A stretch of 64,000 nucleotides of DNA from Acidobacteriota bacterium (GTDB lineage: Bacteria; Acidobacteriota; UBA890; WLXD01): the NCBI GenBank assembly GCA_965205505.1, contig CBDBHB010000009.1:960001-1024000 (forward strand). The letters run 5' to 3'. The translations under genes and the position numbers were made by a program. Below are positions 1 to 9,003 of this stretch, piece after piece. Below the pieces are notes generated by a model. The model did no database searches and had not been told where the DNA came from. It saw only the letters and a program-made list of their open reading frames with translations. The first letter of the stretch is position 1. Every line of letters begins with the position of its first letter.

Positions 1-160
1 GCGCCTGCGCGGGCGTCAATGTCCCCAACGGCGACGGCGCGGTGGACATGGACTGCCGGACCGTACGACCCATCTCGAGCAGATGGTCGAAGGAGGCGGC
101 GCCGAGCAGCGGCGTCGCTGCCGCGGCGACGAACGCCTGTAGCGCGTCACGACGATTCAA
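1..160 (-). CDS. Partial (N-terminal) Tat-exported protein, probably gluconate 2-dehydrogenase subunit 3 family
   Basis: AAGGAGG RBS then TTG start; reads MNRRDALQAFVAAAATPLL...TLTPAQA and runs off the window edge; twin-arginine motif. Confidence 0.6.
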   Translation of the reverse strand, partial: MNRRDALQAFVAAAATPLLGAASFDHLLEMGRTVRQSMSTAPSPLGTLTPAQA

Positions 161-299
161 GGTCGCCTCCTTGCGAATTACGGTGAGTTGCACACAATAG
201 GCGCCGCAACAAGTATCACGGACAACCGCGCTCGGTCCATAGAATGCACGCCCGGCGTGACGTGGACCGTGGGCAAACCGGCAGGCAGGAGCAACCGAG

Positions 300-1856
300 A
301 TGATGCAACGAACCATTCTTCGCGCTGCGCTGGGACTGGCTTTCGTGGTTAGCGGCTGCGCCGCACCCGCTGACGTCGACAGCGTGCTGCTGGTAAACGC
401 CCGGCTGGTTGACGGCACCGGCGCGGCGGCGCGCGATGCGGCTGTCAGGATCCTCAACGGGCGCATCGCGGAGGTGGGCGATCTCGCGGCGCTGAACGGC
501 GAGGCGGTCGTCGACCTCGAGGGTCTGGTGCTCGCCCCCGGCTTCATCGATACCCACAGCCACCACGAATGGGGGATCTTCGAGCGTCTCGAAGCACGGG
601 CGGCGGTGAGCCAGGGAATCACGACGGTGATTGTCGGCAGCGATGGTGGCTCGCGCTATCCGCTTGCCGATTTCTATGCGGCGCTCGAGGAAACGCCGCC
701 GGCGGTCAACTTCGCTTCGTACTCGGGCCACAACACCGTGCGAGCGCATGTGCTCGGCGACGACTTCCGGCGACCCGCGACCGACGAGGAGATCGCGCAG
801 ATGGAAGCGATGGTGCGTGCCGACATGGAGGCAGGCGCGCTTGGTCTCTCCGCAGGCCTCGAATACGACCCGGGGATCTACTCGGATCCCGCCGAGGTAA
901 TCGAGCTGGCATCGGTCGCGGCGGAATACGGCGGCCGCTATATCAGCCACATTCGAAGCGAGGATCGTTACTTCGAAGAGGCGATCAACGAGATCATCGA
1001 GATCGGCCGGCAGGCTGGTCTTCCGGTGCAGGTGTCGCACATCAAGCTGGCGATCAAGAGCCTGTGGGGAGAGGCTGCCCGGTTTCTCGCCAAGCTCGAC
1101 GCCGCCCGCGCCGAGGGCATTGACATTACCGCCGACATCTATCCGTATCCGTATTGGCAGTCGACGCTAACGGTGCTGTTCCCAGCGCGTGACTTCGAAG
1201 ACCTCGTCGAGGCGCGGCGCGTGCTGAACGAGATCGTCCCGGCCGACGGTGTGCTGGTGACCACGTTCGCGCCCGAGCCAGACTACGCCGGCAAGACCTT
1301 GACCGAGATCGCCGCGCTGCGTGGCGAAGAGCCTGCCGTCGCCCTGCTGGCCTTGATTCACCAAGCCGAGGAAATGCAGGCGGCGGTCAACGACGTCGAC
1401 GAAGAGGGCCTGAACATCGAGAGCATGATCGGCACCAGCATGATCGAACCGGATATCGAGGCGCTCATGCGCTGGCCGCACACCAACTTCTGCACCGACG
1501 GGGCGCTGGCGGGCGCTCACCCGCGCGGCTTCGGCAGCTACACTCGTGTCCTCGGTCGCTACGTTCGCGAGCGCGGCGTGATGTCGCTCGAGGAGGCGGT
1601 ACACAAGGCGAGCGGCCTGGCCGCCGATCACATGGGCTTGTCGGATCGTGGGCGGATTGCGCCAGGAATGTGGGCCGATCTCGTGGCTTTCGATCCAGAA
1701 ACCGTGATCGATCGGGCGACGACGGACGACCCGCAAGCGGCGTCGCTGGGAATCAGTCGCGTGTCGGTGAACGGCGAGCTCGTTCAGTCCGTCGATGGCT
1801 CGACGGACGCCCGCCCCGGCAAAGTGCTCAGGCGCGCCAGCAGCATGACCGAATGA
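300..1856 (+). CDS. N-acyl-D-amino-acid deacylase (D-aminoacylase) family amidohydrolase, lipoprotein
   Basis: PGFIDTHSH, HIRSE, SHIK, HPRGFGSY motifs; lipobox-like VSGC. Confidence 0.9.
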   Translation: MMQRTILRAALGLAFVVSGCAAPADVDSVLLVNARLVDGTGAAARDAAVRILNGRIAEVGDLAALNGEAVVDLEGLVLAPGFIDTHSHHEWGIFERLEARAAVSQGITTVIVGSDGGSRYPLADFYAALEETPPAVNFASYSGHNTVRAHVLGDDFRRPATDEEIAQMEAMVRADMEAGALGLSAGLEYDPGIYSDPAEVIELASVAAEYGGRYISHIRSEDRYFEEAINEIIEIGRQAGLPVQVSHIKLAIKSLWGEAARFLAKLDAARAEGIDITADIYPYPYWQSTLTVLFPARDFEDLVEARRVLNEIVPADGVLVTTFAPEPDYAGKTLTEIAALRGEEPAVALLALIHQAEEMQAAVNDVDEEGLNIESMIGTSMIEPDIEALMRWPHTNFCTDGALAGAHPRGFGSYTRVLGRYVRERGVMSLEEAVHKASGLAADHMGLSDRGRIAPGMWADLVAFDPETVIDRATTDDPQAASLGISRVSVNGELVQSVDGSTDARPGKVLRRASSMTE

Positions 1857-3571
1857 GCTGCGGATCTTCACGAGGGCCCGAGATAATTCGAGGTCGCCAG
1901 CAGTGCGACGTATGCATCGTCGGCTCCGGGGCCGGGGGCGGCATGACCGCGAAGGTGCTCGCGGAGGCCGGCGCCCGGGTTGTGATGCTCGAGGCCGGGG
2001 GGGCGTGGGACGCGGCCTCCGACTCCGCCATGCTCACCTGGCCGTATGAGTCGCCGCGACGCGGTGCCGCGACGCCGGAGCGCCAGTTCGGCGAGTTCAA
2101 CGCCGGGCTCGGCGGTTGGTCACTCGATGGCGAACCGTACACTGTCGCCGACGGCGAGGCGTTCGACTGGTTCCGGGTTCGCATGCTCGGCGGCCGGACC
2201 AACCACTGGGGTCGGATCTCGCTGCGCTTCGGCCCCGACGACTTCAAAGCACGGAGCCTCGACGGCCTCGGCGACGACTGGCCGATCTCCTACGACGACA
2301 TCGCCCCCTACTACGACAAGGTCGACCGGTTGGTCGGCTTGTTTGGGTCGCTCGAGGGCCTGCATAACGATCCCGACGGAATCTTCCAGCCACCGCCCGA
2401 GCCCCGCTGCTGGGAGAAGCTGATCCAGCGGGCCTGTGTCGGGCTGTCGATTCCCTGCATCCCGGCACGGATGTCGATTCTCACGGAGCCACACAACGGC
2501 CGTCCCGCCTGCCACTACTGCGGCCAGTGTGGTCGCGGCTGCGGCACTCATTCCAACTTCTCCACACCCGCTGTGCTGTTGCCTCCTGCCCTGGCTACTG
2601 GGCGGCTCGAGGTGGTGACCCAGGCTATGGCGCGAGAGGTAACCGTCGACGGACAGGGCCATGCGAACGGCGTCGTCTATATCGACAAGCGCACTGGCCG
2701 TGACGAACACGTGCGCGCCCGCGTCGTGGTGCTGGCGGCGAGCGCCTGCGAGTCGGCACGGCTGCTGTTGAACTCCAGGTCCGGCTTGTTTCCCGACGGG
2801 GTGGCGAACTCCAGCGGTGTGGTGGGCAAGTACCTGACCGATACCACCGGCACCAGCGTAGTGGGCTTCGTCCCGACGCTGGCCGCGGGGGTACCACACA
2901 ACGAGGACGGTGCCGGCGGCGCCCATCTGTACATGCCGTGGTGGCTCGATAATCGACAGCTCGACTTCCCGCGCGGCTACCACATCGAGATTGGGGGTGG
3001 CCGGGACCTGCCATCGTACGGGGTCATGGGCGGCATTCATCGCTATCCGGGCGGCGGTGGGTACGGGCACGATCTCAAGAACTTGTACCGTGAGTACTAC
3101 GGCAGCACCGTCAGGTTCGCGGGCCGCGGCGAGATGGTTCCGAACCGCAATTGCTACTGCGAGATCGACCCCGAGGCGGTCGATCGCTGGGGGATTCCGG
3201 TGCTGAAGTTCCACTTCGAATGGAGCGATCGCGAGCTTCGGCAAGTGCGGCACATGCAGGAGACCTTCCGCGAGATCATCGATGCCATGGGCGGTACGCC
3301 GCTGACGCCGATGCCGGATGAGTCGGAGGGGTACGGCATCGAGCCCGGGGGACGCATCATCCACGAGCTCGGGGTGACGCGCATGGGCGAGTCCCCGAGT
3401 AGCTCCGCGCTCAACTCCTTTTGCCAGGCGCACGACGCGCGCAACGTATTCGTCGCCGATGGCGGGCCGTTCGTGTCGCAGCCCGACAAGAACCCCACGT
3501 GGACGATCCTGGCGCTGGCCATGCGGACCAGCGAGTACATTGCCGATCAGCTGCGCCAGGGCAACCTTTGA
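1853..3571 (+). CDS. GMC family flavoprotein oxidoreductase
   Basis: GSGAGG FAD motif, GGRTNHWG, CHYCGQCGRGC, IHELGVTRMG, NPTWTILALA; ATG overlaps the upstream TGA. Confidence 0.92.
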   Translation: MSCGSSRGPEIIRGRQQCDVCIVGSGAGGGMTAKVLAEAGARVVMLEAGGAWDAASDSAMLTWPYESPRRGAATPERQFGEFNAGLGGWSLDGEPYTVADGEAFDWFRVRMLGGRTNHWGRISLRFGPDDFKARSLDGLGDDWPISYDDIAPYYDKVDRLVGLFGSLEGLHNDPDGIFQPPPEPRCWEKLIQRACVGLSIPCIPARMSILTEPHNGRPACHYCGQCGRGCGTHSNFSTPAVLLPPALATGRLEVVTQAMAREVTVDGQGHANGVVYIDKRTGRDEHVRARVVVLAASACESARLLLNSRSGLFPDGVANSSGVVGKYLTDTTGTSVVGFVPTLAAGVPHNEDGAGGAHLYMPWWLDNRQLDFPRGYHIEIGGGRDLPSYGVMGGIHRYPGGGGYGHDLKNLYREYYGSTVRFAGRGEMVPNRNCYCEIDPEAVDRWGIPVLKFHFEWSDRELRQVRHMQETFREIIDAMGGTPLTPMPDESEGYGIEPGGRIIHELGVTRMGESPSSSALNSFCQAHDARNVFVADGGPFVSQPDKNPTWTILALAMRTSEYIADQLRQGNL

Positions 3572-4230
3572 TGAGCAAACGTCCTTCCCACCCGTCCCGC
3601 CGGCCGGTGCCGTCGGCAGGTCTCGACACGCCGACGGATCTCAGTCGACGCCAGGCGCTCGGTCTGCTCGCCTCGGCTACCGTGGGCTTTGCCTGGTCAC
3701 CCGCTCAGGCGGTGCTGGCGCACGAGCGCGCCACCGTGGCACTGCAACATGCCGCTGCGGTCGGTAGCTCGTACGCGCCGCGCTTCTTCACGATGCACGA
3801 GCTGGCCACGGTTCGACAGCTCGCCGACATGATCATCCCGGCCGATGAGCGCTCGGGAAGCGCTACCGACGCCGGCGTGCCCGAGTTCATGGACTTCATG
3901 ATGATCGACCAACCGGAGCGTCAGGTGGCTCTGCGCGGCGGGCTGACGTGGATCGATCACCAAGCACAGGAGCGCTTCGGAGAACGCTTCCTCGACTGTA
4001 GCTCGACGCAGCGCGAGCAGCTCCTCGACGACATAGCGTGGCCGGAGCGCGCCCCCCGAGAGCTTCGCCACGGGGTCGCGTTCTTCAACGCGTTTCGTGA
4101 TCTCACGGCGACCGGCTTCTGGACCAGCAAGATGGGCGTCGAAGACCTCCAGTTCAAAGGCAACGAGTACGTCTCACGCTGGAGCGGGTGTCCGCCGGAA
4201 CAACTTCGCAAGCTCGGGCTGATCGACTAG
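3571..4230 (+). CDS. Gluconate 2-dehydrogenase subunit 3 family protein (Tat signal)
   Basis: SRRQAL twin-arginine motif; IIPADERSGSATDAGVPEF and GFWTS motifs; coupled to the GMC gene. Confidence 0.88.
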   Translation: MSKRPSHPSRRPVPSAGLDTPTDLSRRQALGLLASATVGFAWSPAQAVLAHERATVALQHAAAVGSSYAPRFFTMHELATVRQLADMIIPADERSGSATDAGVPEFMDFMMIDQPERQVALRGGLTWIDHQAQERFGERFLDCSSTQREQLLDDIAWPERAPRELRHGVAFFNAFRDLTATGFWTSKMGVEDLQFKGNEYVSRWSGCPPEQLRKLGLID

Positions 4231-4420
4231 TGGCCTGTAACAGATGATCGTTGCAGATCGCCCGCAACTGCCCATCTGTCCGGAGGATGGCGGCGAAATC
4301 GGCCCGTCTGCGGCGTTGCTCCTCCTCGAAGATGGGCAAACATCGTCTCGTCGTCACGCCTGGCATCCGGACCCGTTTCGCCACCACGATACGCAACGAT
4401 CATCTGCTACAGGCCACTAG
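4227..4420. mobile_element. MITE-like inverted-repeat element (TIR type A), one structured core
   Basis: ctagtggcctgtaacagatgatcgttgc ... gcaacgatcatctgctacaggccactag; CTAG at both ends, the left one contains the gene stop. Confidence 0.85.
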
Positions 4421-4541
4421 CGGCGTCCTTCAGCGGCGCGGAATGGTTAGGATGGATACGCTTGACACCCGATTCGGGACGCGCCGGCACTGATCCAGTG
4501 CCTATCCTGGAGTCTTCTGGCGCCCCGTTCGGGAGGTACTC

Positions 4542-6017
4542 ATGAGACTCCGAGCCGCCGTTGTCACTATTGCGCTGTTGACGCTGATCGCCGCGCCGTC
4601 GGCAGCGCAGTCCGCAGACCCCAGCTTGTTGCTCTTCTTCCAGGCCGCCTCGCCGGACAAGGGCACTTCGGAAAATGCGCTCGACGAAATCGGCAAGCAC
4701 TGGAAGGATGGCTACACGGCGCTTCTGCTCGACTGGCTACGTTTCCTGCCGTCGGGGGAGGCCGGCGACAACACCTCTGGTGGTGCCAACGGCGGGCAGG
4801 GTTCCGACGACCCCGAATCCCAAGGTGATGGAGCCGGGAGCTCACCGGCCTCCGACCCCCGCGTGCAGACGCGCGAGCGCATCCTCGACTTCCTCGAGGC
4901 GCAGACCGGGCAGGAGTACGGCGACGATCTCGACCAATGGCGCCACTGGATGTGGGCGCAACCCTACAACACCCATGCTCAGATCAGTAGGTTCAAGGCC
5001 AACGTCTATGGCAGCTTCGATCAGGCATTCCGCAAGTTCTTCCGAGGTACGTCAGCGGTGCGCATCGACGAGATCGACTGGGGCGGCGTGCGGGTTGGCG
5101 GTGGGGGCATTCCGGCGCTCGACCACCCGCCGACGGTTTCCGTAGCCGAAGCCTCCTATCTCGACGACGACAACATCGTGTTCGGGCTATACATCAACGG
5201 CCATGCCCGCGCCTATCCCAAGCGCATTCTCGCCTGGCACGAGCTCGCCTGGGACACCATCGGTGACCTGGAGATCACCTTGGTGTACTGCACCCTCTGC
5301 GGGGTAGTGATCCCCTACAAGAGTGAGGTGGACGGACAGGTGGTCAAGCTCGACACTTCCGGACTGCTGTTTCGCTCCAACAAGCTCCTGTTCGACGAGC
5401 CGTCGTCGACCCTATGGTCGAGCATCACTGGCGAGCCGCTGGTGGGTGACATGGTGGGAAGCGGCGTGCGCCTCAGTCCCCTGCCGGTGGTGACGACAAC
5501 TTGGCGTGACTGGCGCACCGCGAATCCGCATACGAGCGTCTTGTCATTGGACACTGGCTTCGAGCGTGACTACGGCGAGGGTGTGGCCTACGCGGACTAC
5601 TTCGCTACCGACGAGCTGATGTTCGAGGTGCCGAATCGAGACTCGAGGCTCAAGAACAAGGACGAAGTGCTGGCTATACGCTTTCCCGGCGGCGACGGAG
5701 ATCAGGCGCTGGCGATCTCGGTGGCGTTCCTGCAGCGCAACCGTCTATTCAAGATCGACTTTGCCGGGCGCGACCTGGTGGTGGTCACCAGTGAGGATGG
5801 CGCCAACCGGCTCTATGCGTCGCCCTCCGCGAAGCTGGTGCGCTTCGTCGATGGCAACCGCATCGAGGACGAACACGGCAACCTGTGGGAAGCTCGCGAG
5901 GATCAACTGGTGCCGTTGGCGACCCCCGTGGAAGGGCTGCCGCGCCTGAATGCCTTCCGGGCGTTCTGGTTCGGGTGGTATGCCCAGTATCCAGAAACGG
6001 AGCTGATCGTAAGCTAG
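4542..6017 (+). CDS. Secreted DUF3179-family protein
   Basis: Signal peptide; GIPALD, ARAYP, WHE, YCTLC, SGLLFRSN, FWFGW motifs. Confidence 0.85.
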   Translation: MRLRAAVVTIALLTLIAAPSAAQSADPSLLLFFQAASPDKGTSENALDEIGKHWKDGYTALLLDWLRFLPSGEAGDNTSGGANGGQGSDDPESQGDGAGSSPASDPRVQTRERILDFLEAQTGQEYGDDLDQWRHWMWAQPYNTHAQISRFKANVYGSFDQAFRKFFRGTSAVRIDEIDWGGVRVGGGGIPALDHPPTVSVAEASYLDDDNIVFGLYINGHARAYPKRILAWHELAWDTIGDLEITLVYCTLCGVVIPYKSEVDGQVVKLDTSGLLFRSNKLLFDEPSSTLWSSITGEPLVGDMVGSGVRLSPLPVVTTTWRDWRTANPHTSVLSLDTGFERDYGEGVAYADYFATDELMFEVPNRDSRLKNKDEVLAIRFPGGDGDQALAISVAFLQRNRLFKIDFAGRDLVVVTSEDGANRLYASPSAKLVRFVDGNRIEDEHGNLWEAREDQLVPLATPVEGLPRLNAFRAFWFGWYAQYPETELIVS

Positions 6018-6188
6018 TGCTCCTGATCATAAGTACGGCTCCTGCCCTCCGGGTGGCCGCGGGACCGGCCACCTTGGGCGTCGCGGCGCCTCGACGATAC
6101 ACCCAGCATCGCCCTCGTCGCCGCTCCTACAATTCGCCCCGGTCGCGCGCGCCACAAACGTCACCGTACTTATGATCAGGAGCACTAG
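6014..6188. mobile_element. MITE-like inverted-repeat element (TIR type B), one structured core
   Basis: ctagtgctcctgatcataagtacgg ... ccgtacttatgatcaggagcactag perfect TIR; left CTAG contains the DUF3179 stop. Confidence 0.85.
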
Positions 6189-6201
6189 TGTCTATGGTTT
6201 G

Positions 6202-6528
6202 CTAGTCGGCCAGCGGTAGGCGGTGGCGGCGCCAACGCGACATGTGGCCGCGCAGCAGGCGAACATCTACGCCACGGCGCTCGAGTAGCTCGCGCGCTAG
6301 CCAGGCGCGCGGCCCCAGCTCACAGTACGCAACGATCTCTGGCGCGTTTCTGAGTGACTCGGCAGTCGACGCCAGAAGCGCCCTCCAGAGCGGCGTACGC
6401 CGGGCTCCAGGCAGGTGGCCCCGGCGATATTCCCAACGAGATCGCACGTCGAGAATGACCGGTTCCCCTTGTCCGCCAAGGCGCTCGAGTAACTCCTCTG
6501 GGTCGATACCGGCCGGTGAATTGCGCAT
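6202..6528 (-). CDS. Rhodanese-like domain protein
   Basis: ILDVRSRWEYRRGHLPGA and YCELGPRA active-site loop. Confidence 0.85.
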   Translation of the reverse strand: MRNSPAGIDPEELLERLGGQGEPVILDVRSRWEYRRGHLPGARRTPLWRALLASTAESLRNAPEIVAYCELGPRAWLARELLERRGVDVRLLRGHMSRWRRHRLPLAD

Positions 6529-6655
6529 GACGATACGGTCCCGGCTGACGTGATAACTTCTGCCTCCGACCTTGGCTGGCGCCGAGTAGGAGTGCGGTCG
6601 AGGGCCCCACTATATCCGCATCTTCCGCGGCTGGGGTGGCTGGAGAAGCGAGCCG

Positions 6656-7633
6656 GTGGAGATCCTCGACGACATCCTGGGAGCGCTTGGCGACACACCA
6701 TTGGTGCGCCTGCGGCGTTTCTGGCCGCACGGTGCCGAGCTCGTCGCCAAGATCGAATCGTTCAACCCGGGATCGAGCGTCAAGGACCGCATCGGGCTGC
6801 CGTTGATCGCCGCCGGTGAAGAGTCCGGAGAGCTGCAGCCGGGCGGCACAATCGTGGAGCCGACCTCCGGGAATACCGGCCTGGGCTTGGCCATGGCCGC
6901 TATTCTCAAGGGCTACCGGATGGTCTGTACCGCGGCCGACAAGATTCCCAAGGAAAAGGTGGCGCTGCTGCAGGCCTTCGGTGTGGAGGTAATTCTCTGC
7001 CCTACCGAGGTCGAGGCGGACGATCCGCGCTCCTACTACAAGGTCGCCGAGCGACTGCGCGACGACGAAGGCGCTTATCTTCCCTACCAGTATTACAACC
7101 AAGCGAACCCGCAGGCGCACTACCTCACTACTGGCCCGGAAATCTGGCGTCAGACCGAGGGGCGCATCACCCACTGGGTCACTGGAATGGGGACCGGCGG
7201 CACGATCAGCGGCACCGCCAAGTACTTGAAGGAGCAGAACCCCGATGTTCGGGTCGTCGGCGTCGACACGGTGGGCTCGATTTACGCCTACTACAAAGAA
7301 CATGGAAAGACGCCACCGCAGGAGCAGATCCACCAGTACCTGATCGACGGAATCGGTGAGGACTTCATGCCCGAAACTGTGTGGTGGGACTACATCGACG
7401 AGGTGATCACGGTGGATGATCCGGCGGCCTATCGCGCCGTCCTCGAGTTGGCCCGCAGCGAGGCCATCTTCACCGGTTCGTCAGGGGCGGCGGCGGTTGT
7501 CGGGGCGCGCCGCGTCGCACGCAGCGCCGCGGATGATGCGCTGGTGGTGACCCTGCTTCCCGACTCCGGTGAGCGTTACCTGTCGAAGCTCAACGAGACG
7601 TGGATGCGCGAGCACGGGCTGCTGGACGACTGA
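6656..7633 (+). CDS. Cysteine synthase / cystathionine beta-synthase family PLP enzyme
   Basis: NPGSSVKDR, EPTSGNTG, GTGGT, LPDSGERYLSK. Confidence 0.92.
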   Translation: MEILDDILGALGDTPLVRLRRFWPHGAELVAKIESFNPGSSVKDRIGLPLIAAGEESGELQPGGTIVEPTSGNTGLGLAMAAILKGYRMVCTAADKIPKEKVALLQAFGVEVILCPTEVEADDPRSYYKVAERLRDDEGAYLPYQYYNQANPQAHYLTTGPEIWRQTEGRITHWVTGMGTGGTISGTAKYLKEQNPDVRVVGVDTVGSIYAYYKEHGKTPPQEQIHQYLIDGIGEDFMPETVWWDYIDEVITVDDPAAYRAVLELARSEAIFTGSSGAAAVVGARRVARSAADDALVVTLLPDSGERYLSKLNETWMREHGLLDD

Positions 7634-7635
7634 GC

Positions 7636-7699
7636 CGCCTTGCGTTTGACCCGGACTTGCCGTAACCAGGCCGGCGACACTTCTACCACGGCCTGTTAG
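7636..7699 (+). repeat. 64-nt right-half remnant of a TIR type C element
   Basis: Ungapped similarity to 32424-32487 and 35701-35764, ending accacggcctgttag. Confidence 0.7.
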
Positions 7700-7704
7700 G
7701 AAAG

Positions 7705-9003
7705 GTGCTCATGCCGAGCGGCTTCAGTGGGAGCCTGGCAGCGACCCTATTCGCCGGAGGCGTGCCTGCGGCGCTGGTCTTCGTTGCGTTGCTCACGCTA
7801 CGCTGCCGCTATCCGCTGATGCGGGCACTCGGGCTGCCGTCATCCCTGCTCGCCTTTGCGCTCGGCGTCGCCGTTGCCAACGTGTTGGGCCTTGGCGACA
7901 TGGACCGGGGAGGCGGCGTGCTGGTGGCAACTGTCTGGTTCTTCGTCATCGTGGTGGTGATTCGCGGCGCCACCTACTTCGGCTACGAGGTTCTGCTCAA
8001 GCGTCAATGGGACATCGAGGTGCCGCCGCTGTTGCCGCGCGTCACCCGTTTCTTCATCTACGCCGTATCGGGTGTGATGATCGTTTCGGTGGCGTTTCCT
8101 AATGACAATCTCGGGCCGTTGCTTGCTACCAGCGCGGTTACATCGTTGGTGTTGGGTCTTGCGCTGCAACCGATCCTGACGAACTTCTTCGCCGGTGTGG
8201 TGATCGCGCTCGAACGTCCCTTCCGTATCAACGACTGGATTCAGGTTGGCCCGCATGAGGGGCGGGTAACGCAGATCACCTGGCGGACGACCTCGATCCG
8301 TACGCGCCAGAACGATACGGTTATTTTCCCCAACGCCAACATGGCGCGGGAGACCCTCACCAACTACCTGTATCCGCACCCGCTGCACATGTCGAGAATC
8401 TATGTCGGGGCGCATTTCTCGACGCCGCCACACAAGGTCAAGGCGACGATGCTCGCAGCCGCCAACCAGGTCGAAGGGGTGTTGGATCGGCCGAGCGCCG
8501 AAGTCTACCTATCCAAATTCGACGAAAGCTCGATCACCTACGAGCTACGCGCCTGGGTCGACGACATGGGCCCATTGCGGCGCATCGAAAGCGCGCTACG
8601 CACCCAAATTTGGGAGCAGTTCCGGCGCAACGATATCGTCATCCCGTTCCCGATCCGCACGCTCGAGATCGCGCCGCGGGGTAGCGCGACGCGTGAGCCG
8701 CGCACGCCGCCGCCAGCCAGACTGGTGGTAAGCGAGGGGCCTGGTCGCGGCGACGCGCTCGAGCTTGCCGACGGCGAGGTCGTGGTCGGCCGCGACCCTG
8801 AGTGTGACCTGGTCATATCGGACCCCGCAGCCAGCAAGAGACACTTGAGCATCGTGTGGGAAGATGAGGCGTTCCACGTTCGAGACCTCGATAGCACCCA
8901 CGGCACCCGGCTCAACGGTGAGCCTGTGGACACCGCCCCGTTGAGTGATTTCGACAAGCTGCAGATCGGCGCAGCAACGCTAGTGATCGAGATCGATGAC
9001 TGA
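7705..9003 (+). CDS. MscS-family mechanosensitive channel with C-terminal FHA domain
   Basis: TM helices, GLALQ..NFFAG..ERPFRINDWI MscS core; C-terminal VVGRD..SKRH..DLDSTHGTRLNG FHA. Confidence 0.88.
   Translation: MLMPSGFSGSLAATLFAGGVPAALVFVALLTLRCRYPLMRALGLPSSLLAFALGVAVANVLGLGDMDRGGGVLVATVWFFVIVVVIRGATYFGYEVLLKRQWDIEVPPLLPRVTRFFIYAVSGVMIVSVAFPNDNLGPLLATSAVTSLVLGLALQPILTNFFAGVVIALERPFRINDWIQVGPHEGRVTQITWRTTSIRTRQNDTVIFPNANMARETLTNYLYPHPLHMSRIYVGAHFSTPPHKVKATMLAAANQVEGVLDRPSAEVYLSKFDESSITYELRAWVDDMGPLRRIESALRTQIWEQFRRNDIVIPFPIRTLEIAPRGSATREPRTPPPARLVVSEGPGRGDALELADGEVVVGRDPECDLVISDPAASKRHLSIVWEDEAFHVRDLDSTHGTRLNGEPVDTAPLSDFDKLQIGAATLVIEIDD

Noticed and set aside
4542-6017. DUF3179 as a selenoprotein
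   Set aside because: The motif is plain CTLC with no in-frame TGA
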